From positions 288,001 to 352,000 of the forward strand of contig CAVPOC010000008.1 in assembly GCA_963706955.1 (NCBI GenBank): DNA of 64,000 nucleotides, read 5' to 3'. Position 1 is the stretch's first letter, and each line of letters starts with the position of its first letter. The notes beneath the pieces were generated by a model, which worked only from the letters and a program-made list of their open reading frames with translations, did no database searches and had not been told where the DNA came from. Position numbers and translations under genes: made by a program. Shown in pieces: positions 10,046 to 19,800 of the stretch. This DNA is from an uncultured Verrucomicrobiae bacterium (GTDB lineage: Bacteria; Verrucomicrobiota; Verrucomicrobiia; Chthoniobacterales; Terrimicrobiaceae).

Positions 10046-11182
10046 ATTACAACGCCACCACCCCGCTTGCGCCAGAGGCTCTGAGGGCCATGATGCCGTT
10101 TCTGCGCGAGTTCTGTGGAAATGCTTCGAGCATTCACGCGGCGGGACGCAAGGCACGTGCGGCGGTGGACGATTCGCGCGAACGCTTGGCCACCTTGCTG
10201 GGAGTCAAGGCCAATGAGATCATTTTCACGAGCGGTGGCACCGAGTCCTGCAATCTTGCGGTCATGGGTCTGGCCCGCGCCCACGCTCCCCGAGGACGCC
10301 ATATTATCACCACGGCTGTGGAGCACCACGCTGTCCTCCATGCCTGCGAAAGTCTCAAGCATCACGAAGGATTTGACCTGACGATTCTGCCGGTCGACAG
10401 CGCCGGTCAGGTCGAATCCGGAGGATCTGGATTCGGCCATGCGTCCGGATACCATCCTGGTCTCGGTCATGCACGCCAACAACGAGACCGGCACCATCCA
10501 ACCCATTGAGGAACTCGGGGCGATTTGCCGTGCGCGGCGGGTTTGTTTCCATACCGACACGATCCAATCCTTCGGAAAGTTGCCGGTGCGGCCTGATGAT
10601 CTGGGAGTATCCGCAATCTCGCTGGCCGCCCACAAGTTTTACGGGCCGCCAGGTGCGGGCGCATTGTATCTTCGCTCAGGTATCGCGATCTCACGGATTT
10701 CCCACGGCGGATCGCATGAGAATACCAGAAGGCCAGGCACCGAGAACGTTGCCGCGATCGTGGGTATGGCGACCGCCGCCGAGCTCGCCGAGAATAAGCG
10801 CTCCGACGACCAGCCTCGATTACGTGCGTTGCGTGATCAGCTGTGGAAGGAAATGACGAGCAGATTTCCGAGCGCTGTGCGAAACGGCGACCCGGAACGG
10901 ACGTTGGCCAATACACTAAACGTCAGCTTTCCCGGTCTTGACGGGGAGGCCTTGCTCATTGGACTTGATCTTGAGGGCGTTTGCGCGTCCAGCGGTTCGG
11001 CTTGCATGGTCGGCTCGGTCCAGCCCTCGCACGTGCTCGTGGCCATGGGTGTGGACCCGAGCGTTGCTTCTTCGACCGTCCGCTTTTCCCTTGGAATCCA
11101 TTCTTCAGAGTCTCATATCGAACATTGCCTGCGCGCGCTCGAAACTGTTGTCGAGCGCCAGGCTCAACTTATCGCTGCCTGA
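10033..11182 (+). CDS. iscS: Cysteine desulfurase (IscS/NifS family), one frameshift near 10415
   Basis: ORF 10033 has [17 protein letters not shown] and EHHAV. ORF 10439 has [18 protein letters not shown] and SSGSAC. Removing one base at ~10415 restores [15 protein letters not shown]. Confidence 0.9.
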
Positions 11183-11805
11183 TGAAACAAACGCTCTTTG
11201 TGTTCAACTTTGGAAGATCTGTTCTTCGTCACCTGCGCCTTCTGCCAGAGGTCAGAAATGCCAACCCGCAGCCCCGTAAGAATCGGCCCAGCAGTCGCGA
11301 TATTCTGCTCGAGAGACTCTGCCGACAGCTGCTACGCGTGGCCAGTTGTCGTGATCTCAAAGTGACCGTGGAGTGGAATTCGCGCTTGAGGACGACCGCG
11401 GGTCTCGCCTGTTGGAGGAGCAAGACGATCTCGCTCAACCCAAAGCTCATCGAGGTGTCACCGGCGGAGGTTCAACGAACACTTCGCCACGAACTCGCCC
11501 ATTTTCTAGCGCAACATCGCGCGGGCCGTCGCCAAATTGCGCCGCATGGAACTGAATGGCGGCGAGCCTGCAAAGATCTCGGCATCCCAAACGAATCGCG
11601 CTGTCATGATCTACCGCTGAAGCGCATCCGTTTCGAACGCCGCTTCTTCTACGCCTGCCGCGAATGCGGGACCACTCTCGCCCGGGTCCGCGCCGTGAAA
11701 CGCCACGTCGCCTGTCTCAAGTGCTGTCGACGGCACAACGAGGGAAAGTATCACGACCGGTTCCGATTCGTTCCTGTCCCAGCCCCCGATCGGCTGGCGG
11801 CATAG
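11182..11805 (+). CDS. SprT-like zinc metalloprotease
   Basis: WNSRLRTTAG, TLRHELAH (HExxH), HGTEW and C-terminal CxxC pairs. TGATG overlap with iscS. Confidence 0.85.
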   Translation: MKQTLFVFNFGRSVLRHLRLLPEVRNANPQPRKNRPSSRDILLERLCRQLLRVASCRDLKVTVEWNSRLRTTAGLACWRSKTISLNPKLIEVSPAEVQRTLRHELAHFLAQHRAGRRQIAPHGTEWRRACKDLGIPNESRCHDLPLKRIRFERRFFYACRECGTTLARVRAVKRHVACLKCCRRHNEGKYHDRFRFVPVPAPDRLAA

Positions 11806-11882
11806 CGCGGCGGAGGCGTTCGGCTTTTCCTGATTGAACCGCGTCCTCTCTCGGACTACACAAACATCCGCATTTTTCTCGA

Positions 11883-13865
11883 ATGAGCGCTAACATCGAA
11901 TCTCGCCTGGTCGAAAATCGCGTTTTCAAGCCTGCCAAGGAGTTTGCGAAAAACGCCCGCATCTCATCTTTTGCCGAATATAAGAAGCTTTATGCCGAGT
12001 CGATCAGGTCGCCCGAGAAATTCTGGGCAAAGGAGGCTGCGGACCTGATTTGGCGAAAGAAATGGACGAAGGTGCTCGAATGGCGCCTACCTTTTGCCAA
12101 GTGGTTCGTCGGGGCCAAGCTCAACGTCTCGGAGAATTGCCTGGATCGTCATCTCTCTGGTCCGCGGCGCAACAAGGCTGCCATCATCTGGGAAGGCGAG
12201 CCCGGCGATCGGCGGGTCCTCACTTATCATCAGCTTCATCGCGAGGTCTGTATCTTCGCGAACATCCTCAAGCGCAATGGCTGCAAGAAAGGGACGCGCG
12301 TGCTCATTTACCTGCCGCACATTCCCGAGGCGGCGATCGCCATGCTCGCCTGTGCGCGGATCGGGGCGGTTCACAGCGTTGTTTTTGGTGGCTTCAGTAG
12401 CGAAAGCATCAAAGATCGAATCGCCGACAGCGGCGCCAGCATTGTGGTCACTGCGGACGGCGGTTATCGCCGGGGCCAGATTATCACGCTCAAGCAAAAC
12501 GTCGACCACGCAATCGAAGGCAATGGAGACGTCAAGCGCGTCATCGTTTTTCGCCGGACAAATCTCGATATCCACATTCGCGAAGATCGCGATGTCTGGT
12601 GGCATCGCGAAGCTGACTATGTGAGCGCCGAGTGCGAACCGGAAGCCATCGATAGCGAACATCCGCTTTTCATTCTCTATACGAGTGGCTCGACGGGAAA
12701 ACCCAAGGGCATCCTTCACACCACCGGCGGCTACTTGCTCGGCGTGAGCGTTACTTCCAAATACGTCTTTGATCTCCGCGAGGAGGATACTTTCTGGTGC
12801 ACTGCTGACATCGGCTGGGTCACCGGGCATAGCTACGTCGTCTACGGCATCCTAGCCAACGGCGCGACCACGCTCATGTACGAAGGCGCACCCAATTGGC
12901 CTGAGCCAGACCGCTTCTGGAGCATCATCGCCCGCTATGGCGTGACGATTCTTTACACGGCGCCCACCGCCATCCGCGCTTTCACGAAATGGGGAGACAA
13001 CTGGCCGGCGAAACATGACCTTTCTTCCCTTCGCTTGCTTGGCACGGTTGGCGAGCCGATCAATCCCGAAGCGTGGATCTGGTATCACAAGCACATTGGT
13101 GGCAAGCGCTGCCCGATCGTTGATACCTGGTGGCAAACCGAAACCGGCATGCAAATGATCACTCCGTTGCCGGGCGCCACGCCGCTTAAACCGGGAACGG
13201 CTACCCTTCCCTTTTTCGGAATCGATGTTGCCGTGGTCGACGATGAGGGCAAAGAGGTCGGTCCTAATGAGGGCGGCAAGCTCGTCATCCGAAAACCGTG
13301 GCCGGCAATGCTGAGAACGATTTATGGCGACAACGCTCGTTTCAAGAAGCAGTACTGGAGCGAAGTCAAGGGCTGCTATTTCACCGGCGACGGAGCACGG
13401 CGAGATAAGGACGGCTATTTTTGGATCGTTGGCCGAATCGACGACGTCCTCAACGTTGCGGGCCATCGGCTGGGAACCGCCGAAGTCGAGAGCGCACTCG
13501 TCGCTCACGAAGCGGTCGCGGAAGCTGCCGTCGTCGGCAGACCCGACGAATTGAAAGGTCAGGGCGTGGTTGCGTTTGTGACCTTGCGCATGGGTTTCGA
13601 CGCGAGCAACCAGCTCGGGGACCATCTTCGAACCCATGTCAGCAAACTCATTGGCGCCATCGCCAAACCGGATGACATTCGTTTCGCCGAAGCCCTCCCA
13701 AAGACGCGCAGCGGAAAAATCATGCGCCGCCTGCTCAAGCAGGTAGCTTCAGGCGGCGCCGTGAGCGGCGATATCACCACCCTCGAAGATTTCACCGTCC
13801 TCGCCAAGTTGCGCAGGCGAAGAGTAGAACGCACTAGACGAGTAACAAGCCTCCGGAGGGTTTAA
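11883..13865 (+). CDS. acs: Acetyl-CoA synthetase
   Basis: [32 protein letters not shown]. The last ~15 aa may be shifted by an indel. Confidence 0.96.
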   Translation: MSANIESRLVENRVFKPAKEFAKNARISSFAEYKKLYAESIRSPEKFWAKEAADLIWRKKWTKVLEWRLPFAKWFVGAKLNVSENCLDRHLSGPRRNKAAIIWEGEPGDRRVLTYHQLHREVCIFANILKRNGCKKGTRVLIYLPHIPEAAIAMLACARIGAVHSVVFGGFSSESIKDRIADSGASIVVTADGGYRRGQIITLKQNVDHAIEGNGDVKRVIVFRRTNLDIHIREDRDVWWHREADYVSAECEPEAIDSEHPLFILYTSGSTGKPKGILHTTGGYLLGVSVTSKYVFDLREEDTFWCTADIGWVTGHSYVVYGILANGATTLMYEGAPNWPEPDRFWSIIARYGVTILYTAPTAIRAFTKWGDNWPAKHDLSSLRLLGTVGEPINPEAWIWYHKHIGGKRCPIVDTWWQTETGMQMITPLPGATPLKPGTATLPFFGIDVAVVDDEGKEVGPNEGGKLVIRKPWPAMLRTIYGDNARFKKQYWSEVKGCYFTGDGARRDKDGYFWIVGRIDDVLNVAGHRLGTAEVESALVAHEAVAEAAVVGRPDELKGQGVVAFVTLRMGFDASNQLGDHLRTHVSKLIGAIAKPDDIRFAEALPKTRSGKIMRRLLKQVASGGAVSGDITTLEDFTVLAKLRRRRVERTRRVTSLRRV

Positions 13866-14063
13866 CCATCTGGCCTAGTTGATCGAGCTATGCCCGCTTG
13901 GACAAGCCCATCGCGAACGCTCGCATGAGTACGCCTTGCCTGATTCCAGCCTGCATTTTCGAGGTCCTTGCGACGGTTTGGCACTGATGTGATAATCGGA
14001 ACGGCGCTTGTAAGCGGCCTATCAGCCGTCCAAGCTACCTGCGGACTCCGGTTCACCTAACGC

Positions 14064-15446
14064 ATGCCAATCCGATCGTCATTTGCAAGGCCCACGCCCG
14101 CCGTTTCCTGCTGGCGCATCTTCGCCTATGGCCTCCGCGCAAGCTGCGCGGAAAGCAGGGCGTGCTCGACTACATACGCCATGTGAACTGTATCCAGTAC
14201 GATCCCATCAACGTCGTCGGTCAGAACCCGCAGCTTGTGCTGCAATCTCGGGTGCGAAACTACAAGCCAGCAATGCTGAATGCTTTGCTCTATGAGCATC
14301 GCAAGCTCTTGGATGGTTTCGACAAACAGATGTCCATCTATCCCGTGGAGGACTGGCCGTGTTTTGCTTATTACCGCGAGCGCATGCTCCAGCGATACAT
14401 GGAAAGCGAGCACACCGCCGCCGCCGCCAAGCTGGTGGAATCCGTTCGCAACCAGATCGAGGCACGCGGCCCGCTCTCTTCGCTCGAGCTGGAAGAGGAT
14501 ACGCGGATGGACTGGTGGCTGGCCGGTTCCGTGCGTGCCGTGCGCATCGCTCTTGATATGCTCTTGTATGCGTGGAGAGACGATCGTCCACCATCGCGTG
14601 GGAACGCGACGCTATTTCGAGCTCACGAAACGTGTCCTCCCGTCCGAGTTAATGAAAGCTTGCCCGCCGCACGCTTCGCAGGACGATTACCTGGAGTGGC
14701 ATGTATTTCGTCGCGCCGGAGGGCTTGGCTTGGTCGACATGAGGGTCACTGCTGAATTTGGCGGAATGATTGGCTGGCGTGGCGGCCGAATCAGGGCCGC
14801 GATTGTGCGACTGGCTGAGAAAGGCCGGTTGGTTCCGGTGACGATTGAGGAGCTGCCGCGCCAGCGATTCTACATCCGCCGCGATGACGTGCCGGCACTG
14901 GAAGCCGCCGCCAAAAGCTACCCCCGCAAGCAGAGGGCTGCCTTGATAGCCCCACTGGATAATCTGATGTGGGACCTGAAGCTGGTCGAGCTGCTCTTCG
15001 ATTTTCGTTATGCTTGGGAAGTGTATAAGCCAGCGGATAAGCGTGATTACGGCTACTACGTTCTGCCTGTGCTCTATGGCGACCGCTTCGTCGCCCGTAT
15101 CGACCCGCACTTTGACCGGACGAGCAGGGTTTTTACAGTCAAGAACTGGTGGTGGGAAAGAGAAGTGAATAAAAGCGACGCGGTCATGTTGACGGCCATA
15201 GGAGATTGCTTGGCTGACTTTGCGACATACCTGGAAGCGAAGGAGATTCGCTTAGGGTCGAATGTGAAAGACGAGCCTGGGCTAATCACGGCCGTCCAGC
15301 GAGTCCTAAGCAGTCACCGCGCGATTAGGGAAACCACTATTAGGACAATCCGCGCCGGTACGGCCGGACTCTTTGGCTCCCACTATTCAACGAGAATCTA
15401 CGGGCATGCATCGATCGACCCGGGGACCGTTACACCGCATGAGTAA
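14064..15446 (+). CDS. YcaQ/AlkZ-like winged-helix (HTH_42) crosslink-repair DNA glycosylase, two frameshifts
   Basis: CIQYDPINVVGQNPQLVLQSRV (QxD motif), LIAPLDNLMWD and FDFRYAWEVYKPADKRDYGYYVLPVLYGDRFVARID. Shifts near 14067 and 14570. Confidence 0.85.
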
Positions 15447-15926
15447 GGCATGGCCATCGGGAGTGATAATGGGACCCACCGGATAGAAGCCAGCGGCCTT
15501 ATAGCAGCGAATTGCGCGTTCGTTTCTTGGGTCCGGGTCCGTCTGGACCACCGTGACGCCAGGGTCTGCGAACAACCGACGGACAAAGGCGCGAATCATT
15601 GCACGGCCAAGACCTCTGCCGAGTTGATCTGCTTCGGCCAAGAATTGATCAATCCCTCGCGCTCCAGGATCGGTCTCGCTCTCCCACCAACCTCCTCCAG
15701 AGCCCATGACAACGTAAGCTTGGATAAAGCCGATGGGCTCGCCATCCATGTGGGCGATGTACGCGCGCGTTGCATTGGGCTGGTCAGCCGAGAGCAGGTA
15801 GTCGCTGCGCAGCTCATCAATCGAGTCTGCAGGCCCCCACCATGCGGCGAGATGCGGACGAAGTAGCCATTCATGAAGAACCGGGAGGTCATCTTCCCGA
15901 AGCGCCCGGAAGTGAAAGCTGGACAT
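15387..15926 (-). CDS. GNAT acetyltransferase, AAC(6')-Ib/II-like
   Basis: EWLLRPHLAAWWG, GEPIGFIQAYVVMGSGGGWWESETDPGARGIDQFLA and QTDPDPRNERAIRCY...TPDG match the AAC(6')-Ib motifs as recalled. Confidence 0.85.
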   Translation of the reverse strand: MSSFHFRALREDDLPVLHEWLLRPHLAAWWGPADSIDELRSDYLLSADQPNATRAYIAHMDGEPIGFIQAYVVMGSGGGWWESETDPGARGIDQFLAEADQLGRGLGRAMIRAFVRRLFADPGVTVVQTDPDPRNERAIRCYKAAGFYPVGPIITPDGHALLMRCNGPRVDRCMPVDSR

Positions 15927-16132
15927 CACTCGTGTACGCGGCACTGTGCTGCCTCCCGCGCAATGTCCCACAGGAGGCGTCATAGGCGCTGGAGGCACGC
16001 GGTCTCGGAACGGTTTGAGCGTTGCCGGTGCCAATGAACTGCTCAGTTGTCTCTGGTGGCTGGGCGTGCGCCTGAATTTGGAGTGGTCGTTCGATTGGTT
16101 GTCGCATGACAGGAAAGCACCGACAACGCGGT

Positions 16133-16564
16133 CTAGCACTGAGTGTCACCCGCAGTGGGTAACCCTGCCGACTGGAGTGAGTGGTTGGAACCTCGCATTG
16201 CAGAAGCAATTGAGGCTTTGTACCCCGCCGGAAGCTCTTCCGGCAGGCAGTCTTCGGAGAACAACCCGATACCCTTATGCTCGTGGCTGACCGTCGGACC
16301 GAAAGGCCCAATCAATGCACATTCGTAAGTTACAATGAATACATGGCGACCCGGAGTTACCTCGAACAGATAAGTGTCGAGTGGCCGTCCAACTTCAACC
16401 TCAAGGCGAAGCTCTTCTTGAATCTCGCGGGCCAAGCACTGTGCAGGAGATTCACCAAGTTCGATCTGGCCGCCGGGAAGTTCCCACTCGTTTCGCTCAT
16501 TCTGTAGCAAGACCACTCGCCCATCCGGCGCGACCAAAACACCTTTGATTGATACTTTGAACAT
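16133..16564 (-). CDS. NUDIX hydrolase
   Basis: WELPGGQIELGESPAQCLAREIQEELRL Nudix box, start MFKVSIKGV. Confidence 0.88.
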   Translation of the reverse strand: MFKVSIKGVLVAPDGRVVLLQNERNEWELPGGQIELGESPAQCLAREIQEELRLEVEVGRPLDTYLFEVTPGRHVFIVTYECALIGPFGPTVSHEHKGIGLFSEDCLPEELPAGYKASIASAMRGSNHSLQSAGLPTAGDTQC

Positions 16565-16854
16565 GGATTCGCTAGCCTCGGTGAAGCAGTCGCCAAAGTC
16601 CAGGAAAGCAGGGCCGGCGGTGGAGAGTACAGTATCCAGTAGATTCAATGGCAGGCGTGGGCAATGCTCAGGGGCAAATCTGGAACAAATGCATGGATGG
16701 CAATGGCCATGACTGCCAGAGGTGACCGAACCCCTTTTCGCTGCCGATACGAATCGACCGCTACCTTTCGACGCTTGCATGCACTGCGGAGAAGAATCCC
16801 TGAAGTTTCGCGAGATCGAGTCGGTCATCCGTGCGCACTCCGCTGCGCTCGATC

Positions 16855-19800
16855 TCACTGGAAGGGCGAGAGGACCGTGCCGGGGATAACTTCGCTTGGC
16901 GTTGACGTGGATTGGCCCGGTTTTGCCCAACCTACCGCTAGGTTATCATTTCCGGTGCCCTCCTTATGCAACGCTTCCACGTAGTACATCTGGCCTTGGA
17001 CAAGGCTGATGGCTGCAGATCTTTGGTTGGACTGCTTCGTCCATTGGCGCGGATTCGTCGCGCTGGTAACACGGGCGATTCTTCGTTTGTTCGCGGGATT
17101 GCTGTCTGTGGATAGCCACAGCTCGCTCGCATTATCGCTGGCAATCCAAAATCTATAGCTGCCCGTCGCGGGCGCCGTGATGTACCCGCGCACGCGTGTG
17201 CCATAGTTGTCGGCCCAGTTGCTCGGCGCCTCGAAACTTGTTAGAGTGTCGGTTAAAGTCGGAACCGCGCCCGTCGGAATGTTGGCAACACTGTCACCGA
17301 TGATTCCCGTCCAAACCTCCCGCGTAAGGGCGCCGGTCGTCCGGAGCGCACTCTGCGGGATCGGCTGATCTGCTTGTCCCGGATAGCTCCAACGCAGGCG
17401 AGCTACAGCATCACTCTCGTGCTCGTAATAATGCACTTCGACATTGTACAGTGTATTCGCGGTCAGTGTAATCGGGTTGGTTGAGTACGTCGCCGCTCCC
17501 TGGTCTCTCCAGCCGTCGATCAGCTTGGCGCCGTTGAGAAAGAAACGTACTCCGTCGTCGCCAACCACGGTGAAAGTATAATTTCCGGTGACAGGCGCCT
17601 TTATCTTACCAGTCCATTTCACTGAGAAGAAATTTGGGGTCACCGCAGAACCTGGTGAACCACTGCCCCAGTTGAAATCGACAACAGTGTCAGTGCGCGT
17701 CAGCACCGGCGAGCCCGCGAATGGGTTGACCAATGGATACGCCGCGTTACTAGCGTCATTATAGTATTCTCCTCGCAGTCCGGTGCCTGGGCCGCCAATC
17801 GCAGAAAACATCGCTGCCAGGGACGCATTTCGCGCAGGCATTGTCGCCGTGGTGGACGGTGCCTGGCTGCTTAGGATACTCGTGTCGCCCGTCCAGCCAA
17901 CAAACTGCTGGCCCGGCGGCACGGTTGCACTCACGTTAACGGGAGTGTTAGCCGCATAGGCGCCGCCGCCCGTACCGCCGGTTACCGTTAGAGTGTAGGT
18001 CGGAACAATATTGATCGTATAAGTTCCGCTTGTCACGGAGCTGTCGGTCATGCCCGTCTTAAAGGCGATCGCCTTCAGCGTTGTCGTGCTGCTTACCGGC
18101 ACCGGGCCGCTGTAAAGGGTGCCGGTAGAGGAAGTGGGCGGCGTAGAGCCATCTGTGGTATAGCGAATGAATGCACCCGCCTCGGCCGAAGTGATCGCCA
18201 CCGATTGTGCACCCGAGTAAATGCCCGGAGCGGGATTGAAGGTCGGCGCCGGGACCTGTTGCTGACCCGCAGGGGGATAGAGTTGACCCTGTGGAATGGC
18301 TTGGGTGCTCTGTCCGAGGTAGCTCCACTGCAATCGGCAGGCGGCGTCGCCCTCGTGTTCATAGTAGTGCAGCTCGATATTGTATAGTGTATTCGCCGTC
18401 AGAGTAGTCGGGGTGGATGAATAAGGCGTCGCACCCTGATCCCTCCAGCCATCAATGACCTTGACACCATTTATGAACAGGCGCACTCCATCATCACCGG
18501 TGACCGTAAACGTGTAGCTCGCCGAGGCCGGCGCTTTCACCTGACCGGTCCACTTCGCGGAGAAGAAATTCGACGTTACCGGGGAGCCCGGCGAACCGGT
18601 CCCCCAGTTGAAATCTACTGTCGCATCCGTGCGGGTCAGCACCGGCGAACCCGCGAACGGATTGGCCAGCGGATACGGCGTACTATTGTTGTCGTTGTAG
18701 TACTGCCCGCGCAGTCCCGTGCTGCCGGCCACGTAAGTCGCCGTGATCGCAACGTCGATCGAAGGAATCCTCGCCGTCGTCGCGGCTCGAGACGCATCCT
18801 GGTCGGCAAGGATCACCGTATCCCCCGTCCAGCCCGCAAAGACTTGTCCGGCAGGTGGCGCGTTTGCCACCACGTTGACCGTGTGCCCGACCGGATAGCT
18901 CCCGCTACCACTACCACCGTTTACGGTGAGCGTGCTCGCTCCATCGTGCCCATAGGTGGCCGTGATGGCAACATCTTGGAAAGGCATTAACGCGGAGGTC
19001 GTCGGCATCAACCAGTTCGCGAGGATTTGCCGATCCCCTGTCCAGGCAAATGCCTCGCCCGGCAACGGCTCCCTTGCGCTCACCAAAACCGAGGTTCCAG
19101 GATCATAGGACCCGCTGCCAGTGCCGTTGTTGACGGTAAGGGTGTACGCTCCGGGTCTGATGTCGTATGTCGCTGTCAGCGTGACGGCGTTGTTGGGCAT
19201 CACGAGCGTAGTGTTCGGCGAACTGACATTGGCCACTCCGGTGGTGTTTCCGGTCCAGGCGGCAAAAACCTTGTTCATGGGCGCTGCCGCCGCGGCGAGA
19301 TTCACCGTTGTTCCCGGGGGGTAGATTCCGTCGCCCGTGCCGTTTATGACGGTCAGGACGTTCCCTGTTCCGCTGCTGCCGGGGACATTTAAAACCCCCT
19401 GGTCAGCGGTTTGCAGGTTCGAGTCGTTCACGCGATACCAGACAATTCTCTGGTTCATATTGTCCTCGACAAAGACGTCAACAAGGCCATCGCGTGGATC
19501 GCGGTTGCAGTTTATAGCCAGATAGGAATCCAACATGCCCACTACCCACGGTTCCCTTTGCGGATCATTAAACTGGGCGGCAGTCTTCATACTGCCGATA
19601 AGCAGACCGTCCTTTGTGTAATGCCCTACCGTGCCTCGACCCGGATCAATCCCAACAAGGACACCGCCCGTAACGCCAGGCGGACCGCCAGGAATGGGGA
19701 CCATTCCAACTGACTGCTTCGGCAGGACGACGCGCCACTTTGGCTGACCCAATGAAGTCGGAGTCGACCCGTTCGGCGGCAGAAATCCAAAAAGCACATT

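Noticed and set aside
16130..16195. attC site between the NUDIX and AAC(6')-like genes (integron cassette array)
   Set aside because: Minus-strand TCCAAC...GCTAGAC with a central hairpin is suggestive, but the R boxes deviate from RYYYAAC/GTTRRRY, no matching L box was found, it overlaps the NUDIX 3' end, and there is no intI in the window. An IntegronFinder run would be decisive.
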